A DNA stretch of 64,000 bases from Bigelowiella natans CCMP2755 (Eukaryota > Protista > Cercozoa). The stretch lies in the NCBI GenBank assembly GCA_000320545.1, contig ADNK01000090.1, positions 1 to 64,000 of the forward strand, read 5' to 3'. The translations under genes were made by a program, and so were the position numbers. The notes under the pieces are model-generated. The model saw nothing but the letters and a program-made list of their open reading frames with translations, searched no databases and was not told the DNA's origin. Shown one piece after another: positions 9,519 to 23,354 of the stretch. Position 1 is the stretch's first letter. Each line of letters begins with the position of its first letter.

Positions 9519-11392
9519 GAATCGGGGGTGGAAGCATGCTAATTGTAAACTAATAATGAATTTTAAAAAAAAACGATTGCGACTTATTGCAACGAGACAC
9601 TAGCGAGATCCTGTTGTCAGAAGAAAAAAACAGCTTTGAGGCAGAGAACTACCTCATTATCCGAAGACTGTAACGAGTATCAGAGATTATGTATGCTGTT
9701 GTCATTTTTAATTGTTAATGAAAAATACCACAGACAGACACGCAAACCTGTATTCACAGATTCCTAACAATCAAAAATCGTTCTGCTTGACTCCAATGAC
9801 TTGCAATGAAACAATGATCAGCAGTACATAGCATTAAAATGATGCACATGCATGTTGGACTTTGAACCTACTGATGATGCATACATGTGGTAATAACTAG
9901 ACATCGCTAGGCAGGCACATGTAGTTATACGCAAAGTACTACAGTTAGGTGAATGTGTCCTATGCATGTGTGTATGTCCGCCAACCAATAATGATGCATG
10001 CAAGACTATGTACATGTGTGAGACGGATGTGATGAATGACTGAATTTTATAAATGGCCATCCTTAGCTTGATGTAGCTGCGTACAATGCAGCGTAGCGGC
10101 TGCAGCGCCATGTATGATTGCATCTATTTGTTTCCGCTACGATGTGCTTCATGCAATTGAGCACATGTCGCATATGTCTACATTGTCGCGCAGTGCGCGC
10201 TGCTGTCACTGCATGCTGTCCGCATTTCTTTTTCTTTAGATCTGCTGCGCGTGGTGAGTCTTCTGGCATCGTCGTTGCGCATAACTGTGTGGCAGTGAGC
10301 TGGTTCCCTAGGCGGCATTCTTGCGTTGTGTAACATCATGCTCTGGGCAAGACAACAAGTGATCAATATCGTCAATGACATCTAGACATATATGGCACAC
10401 GCTGCAATGCGTTTCTCTTGCATGTGGTGCACAATCCCTTTGAAAGCTTGAATTTGCCGATGTTTCCAACACCTATGATGCAGCGCATCCATGCACTTTA
10501 GCAATGCTAGGCAGCTTGAGTTTGTACCCGGTGATCCGAGAAGGAGGAGCAAAATCCAGCTAGCATCTACATGCATGCACGTGGCTCCATGGACATGCAT
10601 GTCCTTTTTGTGATTGCCAGTTGTTGTGATGTGGAGAGTGTGGCCCAAAATATCTTCAGTGATTAAGCTCAACCGTCGAAACACGGAGACTCTTAGCTAA
10701 GATCAAGGCTCTTAGTGCATTACATAGCACTAGATAGCATCGCACACGCACCATGCTAGCCATTGCGAATGATGTACATCATTCTACCATTACAGACAAC
10801 GTACATATACATATTGTAAAACTGTGTCTATTATAAGCGCCGTCACACATAGCGCACATTCGTATTGTGTACGCCCATTCATGTAACACGTCTTGCATGG
10901 CATTCGGCCATCATGCTTCAGCATGCGTGGCACAACGAACGTAGTATATGCTAATACAAACGAGTGCAATTGCAAGGCCCAACTAGATGACATTACCCCA
11001 GCTAGCCAGCCAGCTAGCCGATGATCCACAATGCAATGCCAATAACGAGCAATTAATAAGAGGCTCGCCAAGCGTGTCCATCTAGCATGCTTCATCTTAT
11101 ACTACGATGTAGCTTATTAACATGCGTAATAACAAGTTCAGCATGCACATGCATATAGCTAGCTAGGTGGTAGTTGCTCATGCAACACAGCCTTTATTGC
11201 GCCCGCTAGCCCAGCCAGCAGCGAAGCGATGTCGCGATCCCTTAGCCGCCAGTCCACATCTTAGACGCGCACTAACACGACATACACGCCACGGTGGACA
11301 CATCTCCTCATTCGAATCAAATTGTGTAGGTGCGGCGCGGCTCTCTTTAGGTCGAACGGTGGGGAATGATAGTAGACACAGTAATAGGATAC

Positions 11393-11433
<41 letters not shown>

Positions 11434-11634
11434 CATGTCTATCATGTCCCTGGCATTTGTAATGCAGGATCGATCAAATGATATAGAAGTGGTCATCGTG
11501 ACATCGCACTGGTGCATTGCTGTGTTATGCTAGATGAACATTATTGCTGGATGGATTATAATAGCGAATTACTTGCTGGGCGCGATCTTCTATATGAGAA
11601 TACGATGGCGTATATCATGTCACGCATGCTGTTA

Positions 11635-13095
11635 TTAAATTGTAATGGTGGTGTTAATGTTATCCCTTCGCTGATGAAGGACTAGTCTCTCTCGCCTCAG
11701 CTTTTCCACGAAGTCCCTCCATCTCTCCAGGTCCGCAGCTTCAGTCACGGCTAGACGGGAGCAACAACGAGTTGGGACAATAGACAGTTGTTGGAAGGAA
11801 TCAATCGTGCTTTGATCACAAAAAGCTGCGAGGCAGAATGGTAGTGGCAGTATGAGGGAGAAATTTTTATCGTTAATAGTTGGTTGTGATGAGCTGGTAA
11901 TGATATAGGCGGGATAAGGCTAATTAGGGAATCGCTTCGTGCATAAACACTCCCTGACGGTAGATCCTGGCGATGATAAGCTCTGTCAGAGAGTTCAGGC
12001 TTTTCAGAGTGAGATTGAACATGCCCCTCGCGGATTGGTTTGAGAGGTTATTTTCGAGGAATTCAAGCTGATTTGCGATGGAGCGCAAGTCCTCTCGGAT
12101 GAGCGTCTGTATCTTTTCTGCGATCTTCATTTGCTCCGCCGCGTTCTTGGCGACTCTCTCCACCTGCCGACGCACAGATGCCTCTTGGCACTGGGAGAAG
12201 TCCAGCCAGAAGAGCGAAAACCCCACCATGAAGCCGATGAGGAAGGCAATTATTACGCCTAGAATTGCGAAGTTGTTGAAGACAAACTTGTTGATGATCG
12301 ATGCTAGAAAGCCACCCACAATGCCAAATATTATTGGCAGCTTCATGCCGCTCGGTGGCTTCACCACACCCTCACGCACTGCATTCGACTGCACTTCGAC
12401 GAAATCCGAACGGTAGGATCGTGCCTGCTCCAGCATTGAGTCAAGATCCGTGATAAAAAGTATTGTCCGACTTTGAGCCTGCAGCCAGTATGCATGGAAT
12501 ATGTCGCATCAGAATTTACAAACTCTCTCTCCCTCTCTCTCTCTCTCTCACTCACACACACACACACACATACACAATACATAATGCACATAACATTTAT
12601 ATATCGATTATAGCAAATATTTAGATTTACAGACAGGCCGTATTGATGATGTTGTTGTTGTTGTTGTTGTTGTCCATCGTATGTTTTGGTTGTGTACAGC
12701 ACAACAGAGGTAGGGGGGGGGGGGGGGGGGGCTCAACTTCATGCATCGAATTTAGAATATTGTAACCACGTATGTGGGGTAGAGTATGTATCGCTTACCA
12801 AAAGTCTTTCTGCTTTTGTCTTCCCAGCATTGTCTAGTCGTGTAAGCCTATGACTTAGCTTTTGCAGACCAGATCGTAACGACACCGCGAAGGCGTGCGT
12901 CCGCTGCTTGACGCTATGGAGCTTCTCGAACATACTGGCTGCCAACTTTTGGTTCTCGCTGCGTTCATGAAGTATTGAAATATCAAGCTCGAAGTCAGAC
13001 GTGAGCCGCTGAAGTCGGTTGAGATCGGTGTCTAGTTCGTCCATTGCTTCGCGAATTCCATGGCCGTTGTGCGATGCTGACCGTTTGAGCCCCAT
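11635..13095 (-). CDS. Hypothetical protein: coiled coil, two-TM hairpin, coiled coil; about 3 exons
   Basis: Exon ORFs 12739-13095 (heptad-like MDELDTDLNRLQRL) and 11924-12436 (LPIIFGIVGGFLASII...ILGVIIAFLIGFMVGFSLFW), and a last exon VTEAADLERWRDFVEKLRRERL ending TAA at about 11635. Confidence 0.6.
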
Positions 13096-14072
13096 GCTCT
13101 AACCGCAGCTGCCTTTCTTCTCTCCTGTTCTTATCAAGAGGGGGTGTAGAGAGAGAGAGTGCGTGCGAGGAGAGTCTTGGGCTGCAAGAGAAGCCCCGGC
13201 CTGGGTTGTAGGTTACATTGTGATTATCTGATGCACGTTTCGTACATAATGAATGTCATCTCGACTAGGGGGAGAAATATAGCTTTTACTATCATACACA
13301 TGTAGCTTCAATATGAGGATAAAGATAAGAGTACAAAATTGAGAGGTTTAAATTCCCAAAGGATATAGAATACAGTTTTATTATCTTCTCTCCATAGTAT
13401 GGGTAGGTTCATCCCAACTCCCCCTCCCATGCTTTACAAACCAAAGATAATAAAATGATACAAGCAAACAAGAGAGGGAACCTATTGTTGCAAAAGAAAA
13501 TGAATCTTTTGATGTAAAATCACAGGGAGTGGTTTTGGGTGTTCCCTTGGACAAGGGTTTGTGGGAAGAGGAGAAAGAGAAAAGGGGCCGAGGGGTGGGG
13601 CACGTCTTTTTCCTGCTCAGACTATCTGAAACAATTTTGGACATAAAATCAATAAATATCGATGTATTTTTGCTGTGCGACATCGTCTACAAACCGAAAA
13701 GTCACTCTAATTATGCAAATATTTCAACTTGGAACACGCTTTTCATTCTGTCTTTTTCATGAAATTGAAGTGAATGCATGGTATTTTCTTTCTACGACAA
13801 GCAGATTTCAGGTAAAATCACTAAACAGCTCGTACGACTTCTCCTAGCTGCCGTTTCGAGGAGGGGAAGTCATACAGAACTATGATGTTTTCGGTGTAAA
13901 AAAGAGACTAATTAGGTCCAATAAGAAAGGTTCGAACGTTCAACAGAACGTGATCATTACGCCTAACAGTCTTAGATATATGATCGATGAAATAATATCC
14001 AGAATCATATTTTGACGCACAGCTCCATACTTGAACAGATCAGCAGACCGAACGAACGAGTACGAGGGTCGA

Positions 14073-15132
14073 ATGGAGGACCACCATCGTGAGTTCGTTG
14101 TCGGGGCTATCTTATCGTGGTGTGCCTGGACTTTGGTGTACAATATCGCCCCTTTCATCAATGGGCGTTTTCTGCCGCGAAAGATGTACAGAGATCTGGT
14201 CGGGGTTTCCTCGGATGGGGCAGCGACGGTGGAAGAGAAGAAGAAGGCTAATCGGGAGATAGTGGTAAAAATTATTAGTATCAGTAGTCGCATCATAAAG
14301 TGAAAATGAGAAGCGTTTAGCCCAATCTTAAGTCACAGGAGGACTGACGGTTATCGCTGCGGTTTTCCTGATTCATTCCTGATTTCCATGCAAGCTTGCT
14401 CTTTCCTAACATGGGCCATTCTGTGATGAAACATGCCAGGATTGGGACTCTAAATTGCCCACATTCCTCCACTCGGTGTTCGCGGGAGCCCTTGCCACGT
14501 GAGACTTTCTTCGAATTCACTCCCTACCCGAGAGCTTGAGGTTGGCGAGAGCTTGAGGTTGGAACCTGACCTTTTCTATGATATTCCCTCTCTTGTCACA
14601 TCTAGCTACTGCTGCTTCTTCGACAAATCGCTCATGGCCGACAAGATAGCGGGGACCTCGTTTGCATGGAAGGTATAGCAGCAGCACCTGCGGCGACGTA
14701 AAAGAGATGAGTTGGAGTGGTCGTCATCGTTCACGCCATTTCTCCATCAGCAAATTCCATTACATGATACATGGATGCAGAGAAGTTTTGATGATGACGC
14801 GACGAAGTTTTTAGTGTAAGAAGAGTTTGGCTAATTTCGGGCTCGTCAATGGCGCCCATTTTGGTACTATTCCATCAGCTCACAACATGGAATACAGTTG
14901 GATTCTTCATCTGGGACTTCATATTGCATTTCCGCTATCAGAAAATCTTCGGTATAGCCTCGTTCCTTTTCGATTAAGGCCCTCCTTTCTGATTCTAACG
15001 ATACATCCAGGGATGCCAATGCTCCTCCACGCCGTGCTAGGACTTGCGACCTACACAATATGTAATTATGCCACAGAGATGCACATTCGGGCCATTGATA
15101 TGTGTTATGGATCACTCTTGAGACTCTCTCCA

Positions 15133-15192
<60 letters not shown>

Positions 15193-16730
15193 TTGTGTGT
15201 GTGTGTGTGTTGGTGTGTGCGGTGACACTATTACACCTAGTAATGTTAAGGATCCTGGCCCTCCATTCGATTTCTCATTTAGAGCCCCCGTCTTTCATTA
15301 CATTATTGATGCAGGCGGGACTTCCAAGGAGACACCGATGGCATGGCATGCGTGCTCACTTCTACTGTTCGAGTTAGTGACCCGCAAGAACAATAATCTG
15401 CATCAGATACTCGCTACATATACCGCTTCATCGATCCATAGAATGAGAGAAAAAGAGAGGGGGGGGGAGAGCGAGAGAACGAGAGAGAGAAAGAAAGAGA
15501 GAGGGAGAGAGAAAGGGAGAGAGAAAGAGTTTCTTGGGTAATTTGCGCAGCTCTTCGTTTCTGATTTCGTAGAGTGAGTGAGCTAGCGAAGACTGACTTG
15601 TCATGATGCAGGCTCACGACTCCAGTGATGATTGCGAGGATTTGTGCCATAAAGCTGAGCGGGTCAAAATCGGCAGTCCAGGCGATGACGTGCGTGCTAT
15701 CATACCATGCTTCGCCGTCATCACTTAGAATATGATCGATCTCTCCGAGCGAGCACATGTCGTTCAATGCTACGTGATACTTTACCTTATTTTTATTGAA
15801 ATTTGACAAGTGGCTCTTGCACGCTCCTGTCCTCTTAGAAACTTGTTCGGACTATCGTTCTTCGTGATTCGCATGGTGTGGGGCAATTTCTACGCCTTCC
15901 CGCAAATATGGAGCGTCCTGCTCACTGGGTAGCGACACAACAACAGTCGTTCTCACTCAATATATACAATTTCGGGATAGAAAGCGCACACTGAAAGTCT
16001 TCCCCTTTTCCCCCGAGATATTACAACGACCGTTTTTAGCTGCTGTGCGATCCAATGCTTATATTCTGTTCTGTCCCAAAAACAATCCCCCCCTGTGTGT
16101 AAGACAGTATGGTGCGTGTTTATGTTTGTCGCACGCGCGATTGTACATCTATGCGTGGCAGTAGGATCGTGAGAGGGGCGAACTGTAAACGGGCATTAAT
16201 ATCGATGCAGCGATGAGAGGATTTGCTTTTGTGTTTTAGAGGACGTTTACCCGCATGGAAGGTCATGGGTTTCTGGATCATGACGTTTCTCTCGGCAGGG
16301 TATGTAGACTTTTGTACAAACGCGAGTGCACAGCGACTCAATTCCCGGACGTGGCCCGGAAATGGGTGCGGTGTAGGGGAGGGATTGCCAATCTCATACG
16401 GTTTGATTTGCATGATTGTATAGGTTGAATACCTATTGGATGTATCGTCTGGGCCGTCGGTAAGTTATCTGCAAACTCTACTCTCTCATTGCTTCAAAAG
16501 CTAGCAAGATTTTCTGCCCATAGGCTTGTCGTGAGATGAGATTATCTGTTTTTTTCTGCTATTATATACCTCACACCGACAACATTTTCAAAGTCACAAA
16601 TTCATTATGCATCTTACATGTTGCGGATTCTCGCATATTGCGTGCGTGTGTTGTGTGCGTATTCAGCATCTTTGGCAGTAGGGGTGGAAAGAAAGAGCAG
16701 AAAAGGCGAGACAAGAGCAAAACCTCGTGA
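14073..16730 (+). CDS. TLC (TRAM/LAG1/CLN8) domain membrane protein, TLCD4/TMEM56-like, multi-exon
   Basis: Exons MEDHHREFVVGAILSW..., TVGFFIWDFILHFRY, GMPMLLHAVLG, LLFEL, LFGLSFFVIRMVWG, LNTYWMYRL, and a Lys-rich tail ...RDKSKTS*. Confidence 0.8.
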
Positions 16731-17418
16731 CAGAAGCTCTCTCATGCTATCTGGACAAACAATTCTGGCAGTCAAGCAGCGTCACTTTGTGTTCCTTTCC
16801 TATTGAGTTCGGCCTTCATCACGAGGTTGATGCTGAATAATGATGCTTACGCGTCGCGTATGAGCTCTACGCCTTTAATGAATGTGAATACATGAGCCGG
16901 ATTGCAGCCCATCTGGACCGACACCACCCTCTAGCACATTGCTGCGATGTGCTTGCTTGGCCCCGCGTGACACGCATGATCAAACTTTGTGTCCTGACTA
17001 GTAGACTTCGTGTAAGTCCACAATGTTCTATGCCCGATTTTCAAAGATGGAAACTGACGATGCAGTCTGCTAAACTAGCAAATTTGAATGCCCCAAATGC
17101 ATATGCTTAATTTCATGCGCAATCGAGCAGAACTAGAGAACCCTGTATTCATGTGCTGGCGATCGCAACAGTTAGGAATCTGCATTGCACATTGGTGGCA
17201 GGCAACCCGCATTTTCATTGTCACACCAAAACCTTTAAGGATTGTGACTCAAATGCGAAAGTTATGCTACATCGCAGCTGCTAGTGCTAGTCGTATCGCG
17301 TGCACCCTGGGTGAAGCTTTCTGCGCATGCGTGTGGCAGCTGTGAGCGCGGCCACGAAACGTGCAGCAAAGCGCTAACAATTACATCTCAGAGAAGGGGA
17401 AGATTTCTAATAAACAAC

Positions 17419-18780
17419 TCAACTTCCTGCACCCGTTGGCTGCAATTTCAGCTCGTCCACAATCTGGTATTTTCCTTTCTGTCGAGGTATTATATCACGA
17501 AGAAATTAGATGCTTCTGTGCTCGGTCATAAGAAAAGGCAATTACCTTGATCTCCAACACTTGCATCGCATTTACTTTCCAACTCACGGGCTCCCAACCT
17601 TTCTCCCACTTTCATTTCAGACCGCCGATAATATGTGTGTACATGCATTTACAAGCCATACAAAAGCTATTGTTACTAGGATTATTTGTCCACAAAATAA
17701 ACGTAATTATGTATAGATGCTGTGAGTCATACAAATATATGAGCGTTCACCGTACTTGTTTTATAAGTGCCTCGCATTCACTGGCCTTCGCTTGCCCCAC
17801 GGTAACATGCGGCTGCTCCTAACGATTTTAAAGATATTCTTGTCATAAATATTGGGGAGCATTTTCTATATTTTAATTTTAAAAGAGAAAGCATTGGAAC
17901 AGCGGGAACATCATTAGAAGCAGCAGTGAGTGTAAAGAGCCACCGTCAGCCTGCAGTTTGGCAGAAGGGGAGCAAGACGCTTTCGCAGTTCGTTATACAC
18001 TCCGTCAGGTTCAATGATAACATCCAGGCAGATAAATCTACGTCCGTCCTGTGTTGTGTTCACTTAAATGACCTCATCGCGTGCGCGCGCGAGAGAGAGA
18101 GAAAGAGAAAGAAATCAGCAGCAGCAATAGTAGCAGCAGTAGTAGTAGCATGTGAGTAGGTACACATCCACACTCATACTTTTTTCTTCTTCGTATCAAG
18201 AGTGCAAAATCTCGAAAGCGTGATTGTAAACGGTGGCAGGGTCTCCAGCTTCTCTTCCAACTCTGCGGCGTGGATGTGCATGGTTATTATTTCTTGCATG
18301 AATTATAAACCACGTTCGTTGCGAACCTGATTTACGCGAGGAGAAGACCTTCGAGTGTACGAACGGGAAACTTAAATTCATATGGGGCGGCCACTTTCCA
18401 TAGGCCTTATCGTATCCCTTCCGAATCTACGAGAGACAAAACATAACCAAAAATCGGCATGAAGAATGCTATTGTTGCTTCTTCTACCTTATCTATCTGA
18501 ATCCAAAGGCTAGTTGGTGGGCAAAGAGCTAGTGCTGTGGAATTTGTCAACGTCGACTGGGACGAGCCTGTTTGATTTGGAGATTGCCTCTGTGAGAGAA
18601 CGCTTCGGAAAATGTCCCAAAATACGATAGAACCTTCTCTTCTGGACGAAGACGAGTGTTGCGCTCCCTGGCCTTGTTTCTTTCCTGTGATCGAAACGAG
18701 CACAAATGTTACTGGTTACTCCACGAGTCTCCACTCGTAGCACATTCTCCCTCACCTGGCCGAGAGCGACGGGAAGCCAT
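17419..18780 (-). CDS. 2H phosphoesterase (2'-5' RNA ligase-like superfamily), multi-exon; start approximate
   Basis: STALALCPPTSLWIQIDK|IRKGYDKAYGKWPPHMNLSFPFV ... EQPHVTVGQ ... WEPVSWKVNAMQVLEIK: two 2H-type His motifs in the usual arrangement. Confidence 0.8.
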
Positions 18781-19249
18781 TGATTTCCGGGAAAGTTCCC
18801 GTCGCTGTTGGGGATTATCCACTTGCGACAATCCTCATTGGAAATACATCGACAAAAATAGCTCCATTTCCCTACCTCGTACACGGAGAATCTCGAGGGA
18901 AACCCGAAAGAACCAGTGGGGTTTTTGCCCAGTTCTCGGCTCGAGAAGGATTGTCACATTCCTTGCAGTAGAACGAAAAGGCCTGCCGTTTCGCCCAATT
19001 TCGGTGGATTTCAGGATTTCGGATTTCGCGAGATTTATTGAAAATCTACCTCGGACCGATTAGGAAAAAAGAATTTTAGCGCGGAATCCTATGCAGTTAG
19101 ATGGGGAGCGACAAGGAAATTCGTTGTCGCTGATAAGTCTAATTGGCTGGCTGATCGATGGAAAAATCAAAGCCCTCCCGACGTCGATCATGGAGTTCGA
19201 GGTTCTGGCCAGCAAATAGACCGCCGCCCTCACTTTGATAAACGAACGA

Positions 19250-21753
19250 ATGTCATGTTTTGCTTCGATGTTCGGCAGGTCAAAAAAGACATGCCTCTGG
19301 GGAAGAAGGAAGCCATCGCCACCATGATGCTGTTGGAGGTATTAGATGCGGATTATCTACTCCGCTCATCTAACTCTCTTTACTGGGCAGGAACTACGGA
19401 TGAATAAAACTGAGTTCGTTGATTCCTGGATGCATAATACACCGCAAGCGCTCGATAACTCACAATTTCCCTACGAGTACAGGCGACTTGAATTACCTAA
19501 GGTCGCTGCTGTCGCCCATCTTTCTGCATGTGACGTCATTCTCATCGAACATCGTCTTTACGGGTGCGCGATTGATCCGTAGGATGAGCAAGGATACGTG
19601 CGAAGCTTTGAAGTAGACGATAGAAAGAGGTTTCTCTCGTTCACATATGAAATAAAGAATTATGTATGTATTACATTTATACACCTTCTTGTCAATCGGC
19701 AGTTGCATTGTTCCTGTCTGTCACTGTTATATAAATGATAGAATTCGCGAGTTCTTTGAGAAATACGGGCTAGTCGTCGTACGAAATTGGTGAGTAGATG
19801 TAGCGAAGAAGATGCTGACGTGTGTTTCTGAGTGCGCCTCTAAGTATAAACCCGAACCCATCACTGCTATATATCTTCTCATGATGCCCTTGATTCTCAT
19901 TTCCTGACAGTCTGAATGACAAAGAATGCAAAAGATCATGTGGTGAGGTCTGGGATCGCATCGAGTACATTCTAATGCACTACTGCAGCATTGCTAAACA
20001 GTTGAAGAGTTTTGGTGATCATAGGCGAATTTGTAAGAACGACCGAAACGATCCCCACTCGTTCGAAGAATGGCCGTCACTCTCCCAACTTGGTGCGTAG
20101 ACTTTGATGATAGAGAGACCAAATGCATGACGGCAGCAAAGTAGACCGAACAGTATTTTGTGCTTAAATTTTCATCCCATCAAAAGCACCAAATCGATAA
20201 GAATGCACAAAGTTGCTAGAGAAATGAGCAGAATGACATGTTGGCATCTAGTGCTAACGTTTCGCATTGAGTATTTTTCCATAGCTACCAAATAGCATAC
20301 CAGGACCACTATTTTGGATCTCACCACTGCTATTTAATCAGGCATCCTCGGTAACGACGTGGTCCTTTCGGAGCAGTTTTGTCTTAACCGTCAAAACCCC
20401 AAGGTAGTATTCACCAGGAGTCGAGATAGACTGATTTAGCTTTCCATCTCGGCAGAATAGAACGATCTTTTCAGAAAGTTATATCCATCGTTTTGTGAGT
20501 CCAACGACACAAATTATTTCCAACGAGCCCAGTTCCACGCGCGCATATAGAGCGCGTGCCGGCGGGGGTTCTGTGCGTGCGAGCGCACGTCCGTGTAGAG
20601 GAGAGATCTCAATATTGCGTGCAAAAAACGCAGATACACAAGGCGTTCGAGACGATATTTGGAACTCCAGAGCTGAGGTGACTACGCGCAAAAATCTGAT
20701 GGGGAAAGGAGCAAAACAAAAACATGATTGCACACGGTAGAGGGTAAAATAGGCATGAGGAAAAGCAGGGCAGTCCCCAATCCACACAAGCCTCTAACGA
20801 AACGGATGATGAGACAGACCGTGCGACGGAGAACATCGCCGAGTTCTTGTCGTACTCTGATCGACTCTCCACCGCCTTGATTGCTCTCTGTATTTGGTGC
20901 TCAGGGGAGTCGTGGGCCGTGCATCTGCGATGGTAATGCGGGATAAGAGAGGGGGGGGGGGGGGGGATTGTAGTGGCGTGATTGGTCCTTATTCTCTTGG
21001 CTGATGTTTTTTGGGGACGAAATTGACGCAAATAGTTAAATTACCCAATCTGCAACATCTGAAAGTGCTAACTATGGCTCGAATAACGCCAACCAGAGGC
21101 CCACGTTCATTCCGAGCAAAGATGACGCCAAGAAACTGGAGGAGAAGACCGAATGGAGAACTATCTCGGTCAGTAATCTTGTCTGTTATGATCACGTCTT
21201 GTATTGCTTTTCTAATCCTCTTCCTCCTCCTCCTCCTCCTCCTCCTCTTCGTCCTCTTCGTCCTTGTCCGTCGGTAGAACTGGCTGCATTGGGACATGGA
21301 CCCCTTCAATGGCAGGGCGACAACATTTGGATGGTGGCGAGATAGATACTCTGCTGCGATATTCCGCGCTGTGCTGCCTTGTCGTTCTCTCCCTCTTTCC
21401 TTTCGCACAAAACAGCGTCTCCGATCGAGCAGTGAGAGCATGGCAGGTAGCCTCCTTATTCTTCCACTACCTGTTTTGACAGGAAGGTGCGGGACTATCG
21501 AGCGAATGTAGGGTTCGACTCGCTGAGGGTACAAGGTGAGGTGCGAGCACATGCTGCTTCGCACTAGAAATAACTCCTTTTTTGACAATAACATCACTGA
21601 AAACAATGATGTTTTTCCGGTCTGGAACCGGCTCTCCTACTCCTACGACGGTTCCAATCAACAAGGCATTCTCGCCCTCACTGACTGTGGCCCGAAGGTG
21701 GTTAGCAGTTGTGTCTCGATTTTCAATATTGGATTCCCTCCCCCCTCCCCCCC

Positions 21754-21801
<48 letters not shown>

Positions 21802-22037
21802 CTCTCTTACTTTACTGTCTTTTACATATTGCCCTGCCGTACTCTTCTCTCTTCTATCTCTCTTCTTATCCCCCCCCCCCCTCTGTTCTCCCTGATAGGA
21901 CGGCGGATTTCAGTGTGTCCCTGGCTTTCAGGAGCACATAAGGGGATGGGGCAACGCAAACCAAAAACAGCATTTTAAGGAGGGTTTTCTTCCTGGATCC
22001 TTCTTCGTTCCGAAGGTGGATGCGTATGTAGACGAGG

Positions 22038-22090
<53 letters not shown>

Positions 22091-22594
22091 AATCTATTAC
22101 AACTACGACTCTGTGCAGCTGAAAACACCCTTGCTATTTGTTGCCTTCCAAGCAACATGCTGGTCCATCAAAAAGAGCATAGGAACTGAGTGAATATGCG
22201 AGGCCATTTGTTCAAATCTTCTCGTCGTTCGTCGTTCGTCGTCATTATCATCATAATCATAATAATAATCATCATCATCATCATCATCACCATCATCATC
22301 GTCATAATCATCATCATTTTTGTCATCTCAATTGCCATCACCGTCGCGTTTTTGCTATCCTCCATCAAGGATGATCCCATGCACAAAGACGTCCAAACTT
22401 GCCCTCTTCGCCAGGGTACCAACGAACCATTCAGAAGAAGAAGAAGAAGAAGAAGAAGAAGAAGAAGAAGAAGAAGAAACTAGTGCCAATTCACATCGCG
22501 AGACGTTCCTTATTTTTAACTCAAAGAAATGCTTTTAAAAAAAATAGGCAGCTTGCTGATTTGGGACTCGAAGCTACCACACTGTGAGTGACAG

Positions 22595-22626
<32 letters not shown>

Positions 22627-23164
22627 CGACGACGACGACGACGACAACGACGAACGATGACGACGTAAAATGAATATTTCAAAACCTGTGCATTTATCGT
22701 GTGTGCCTTCATTTGAGCTGGTCTTCCTATAATCATGTTCGCCGCCACCCCTCACCACGTTTATTCTCACCACCATTGTCAAGATCCGATCATCATCGTC
22801 GTAATCGTAATCGTATTGGATCTCACGTGGTCGCACAAGCAATGCAATAACACCTACTTTCATCGTCTACCTGCTGCCCAGGCACGTTCCCGAATCACAG
22901 CACCCATGGACGAATAGTGCAGTATATTAAGATGGCTCCTGTCACTGATCTGGCGGTAGTATTTGAGTATCCCTTGAGCTCTCTTCTTCTTCTTCTTCTT
23001 TTCCACGGCAAATTAATGACCACGTTGCAATTCTGTAGGGGGCGCCGTTACTGGACAAGTACCCAGGTTTCAAGACTTGCGCACCTGCATGATATTGTGG
23101 CTGTCAATTATTAAAATAGTGACGCAAGTCGTAAAGTTGTTGTTCCGTGCTCCCCCCCCCCCCC

Positions 23165-23196
<32 letters not shown>

Positions 23197-23354
23197 TATC
23201 TACCCATTTAACCCCTTATTGGCTGAGCTCGATCTTGCCTGGTTCTCATGCAGATCTGCTCCCAGAAAATTTTGAGTTGAGCGAACTTGGAAGGAAGATC
23301 TATGGATTCGAAAAGTGGCCCGGTGAGCTGCATCGTCATCTCAAAGCCTATTGA
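19250..23354 (+). CDS. Phytanoyl-CoA dioxygenase (PhyH)-family Fe(II)/2OG oxygenase, multi-exon
   Basis: Exons IREFFEKYGLVVVRN, NWLHWDMDPF (HxD), QGILALTDCGPK|DGGFQCVPGF, GSLLIWDSKLPH (distal His), PNHSTHGRIVQYIKM, and C-terminal LSELGRKIYGFEKW. Confidence 0.85.

Noticed and set aside
14529-14562. 17-bp tandem duplication GAGAGCTTGAGGTTGG(C); also a 14-bp duplication at 55427-55454
   Set aside because: Isolated slippage-type duplications with no element between the copies.
21950-22015. Possible GC-AG intron after ...GGATGGG
   Set aside because: The frame stays open (GWGNANQKQHFKEGFLPGSFFVPK) up to a normal GT donor.
22168-22863. Poly-Ile/Met/Glu/Lys/Cys ORFs
   Set aside because: Translations of intronic (ATC)n, (GAA)n and (CAA)n microsatellites in the PhyH gene.
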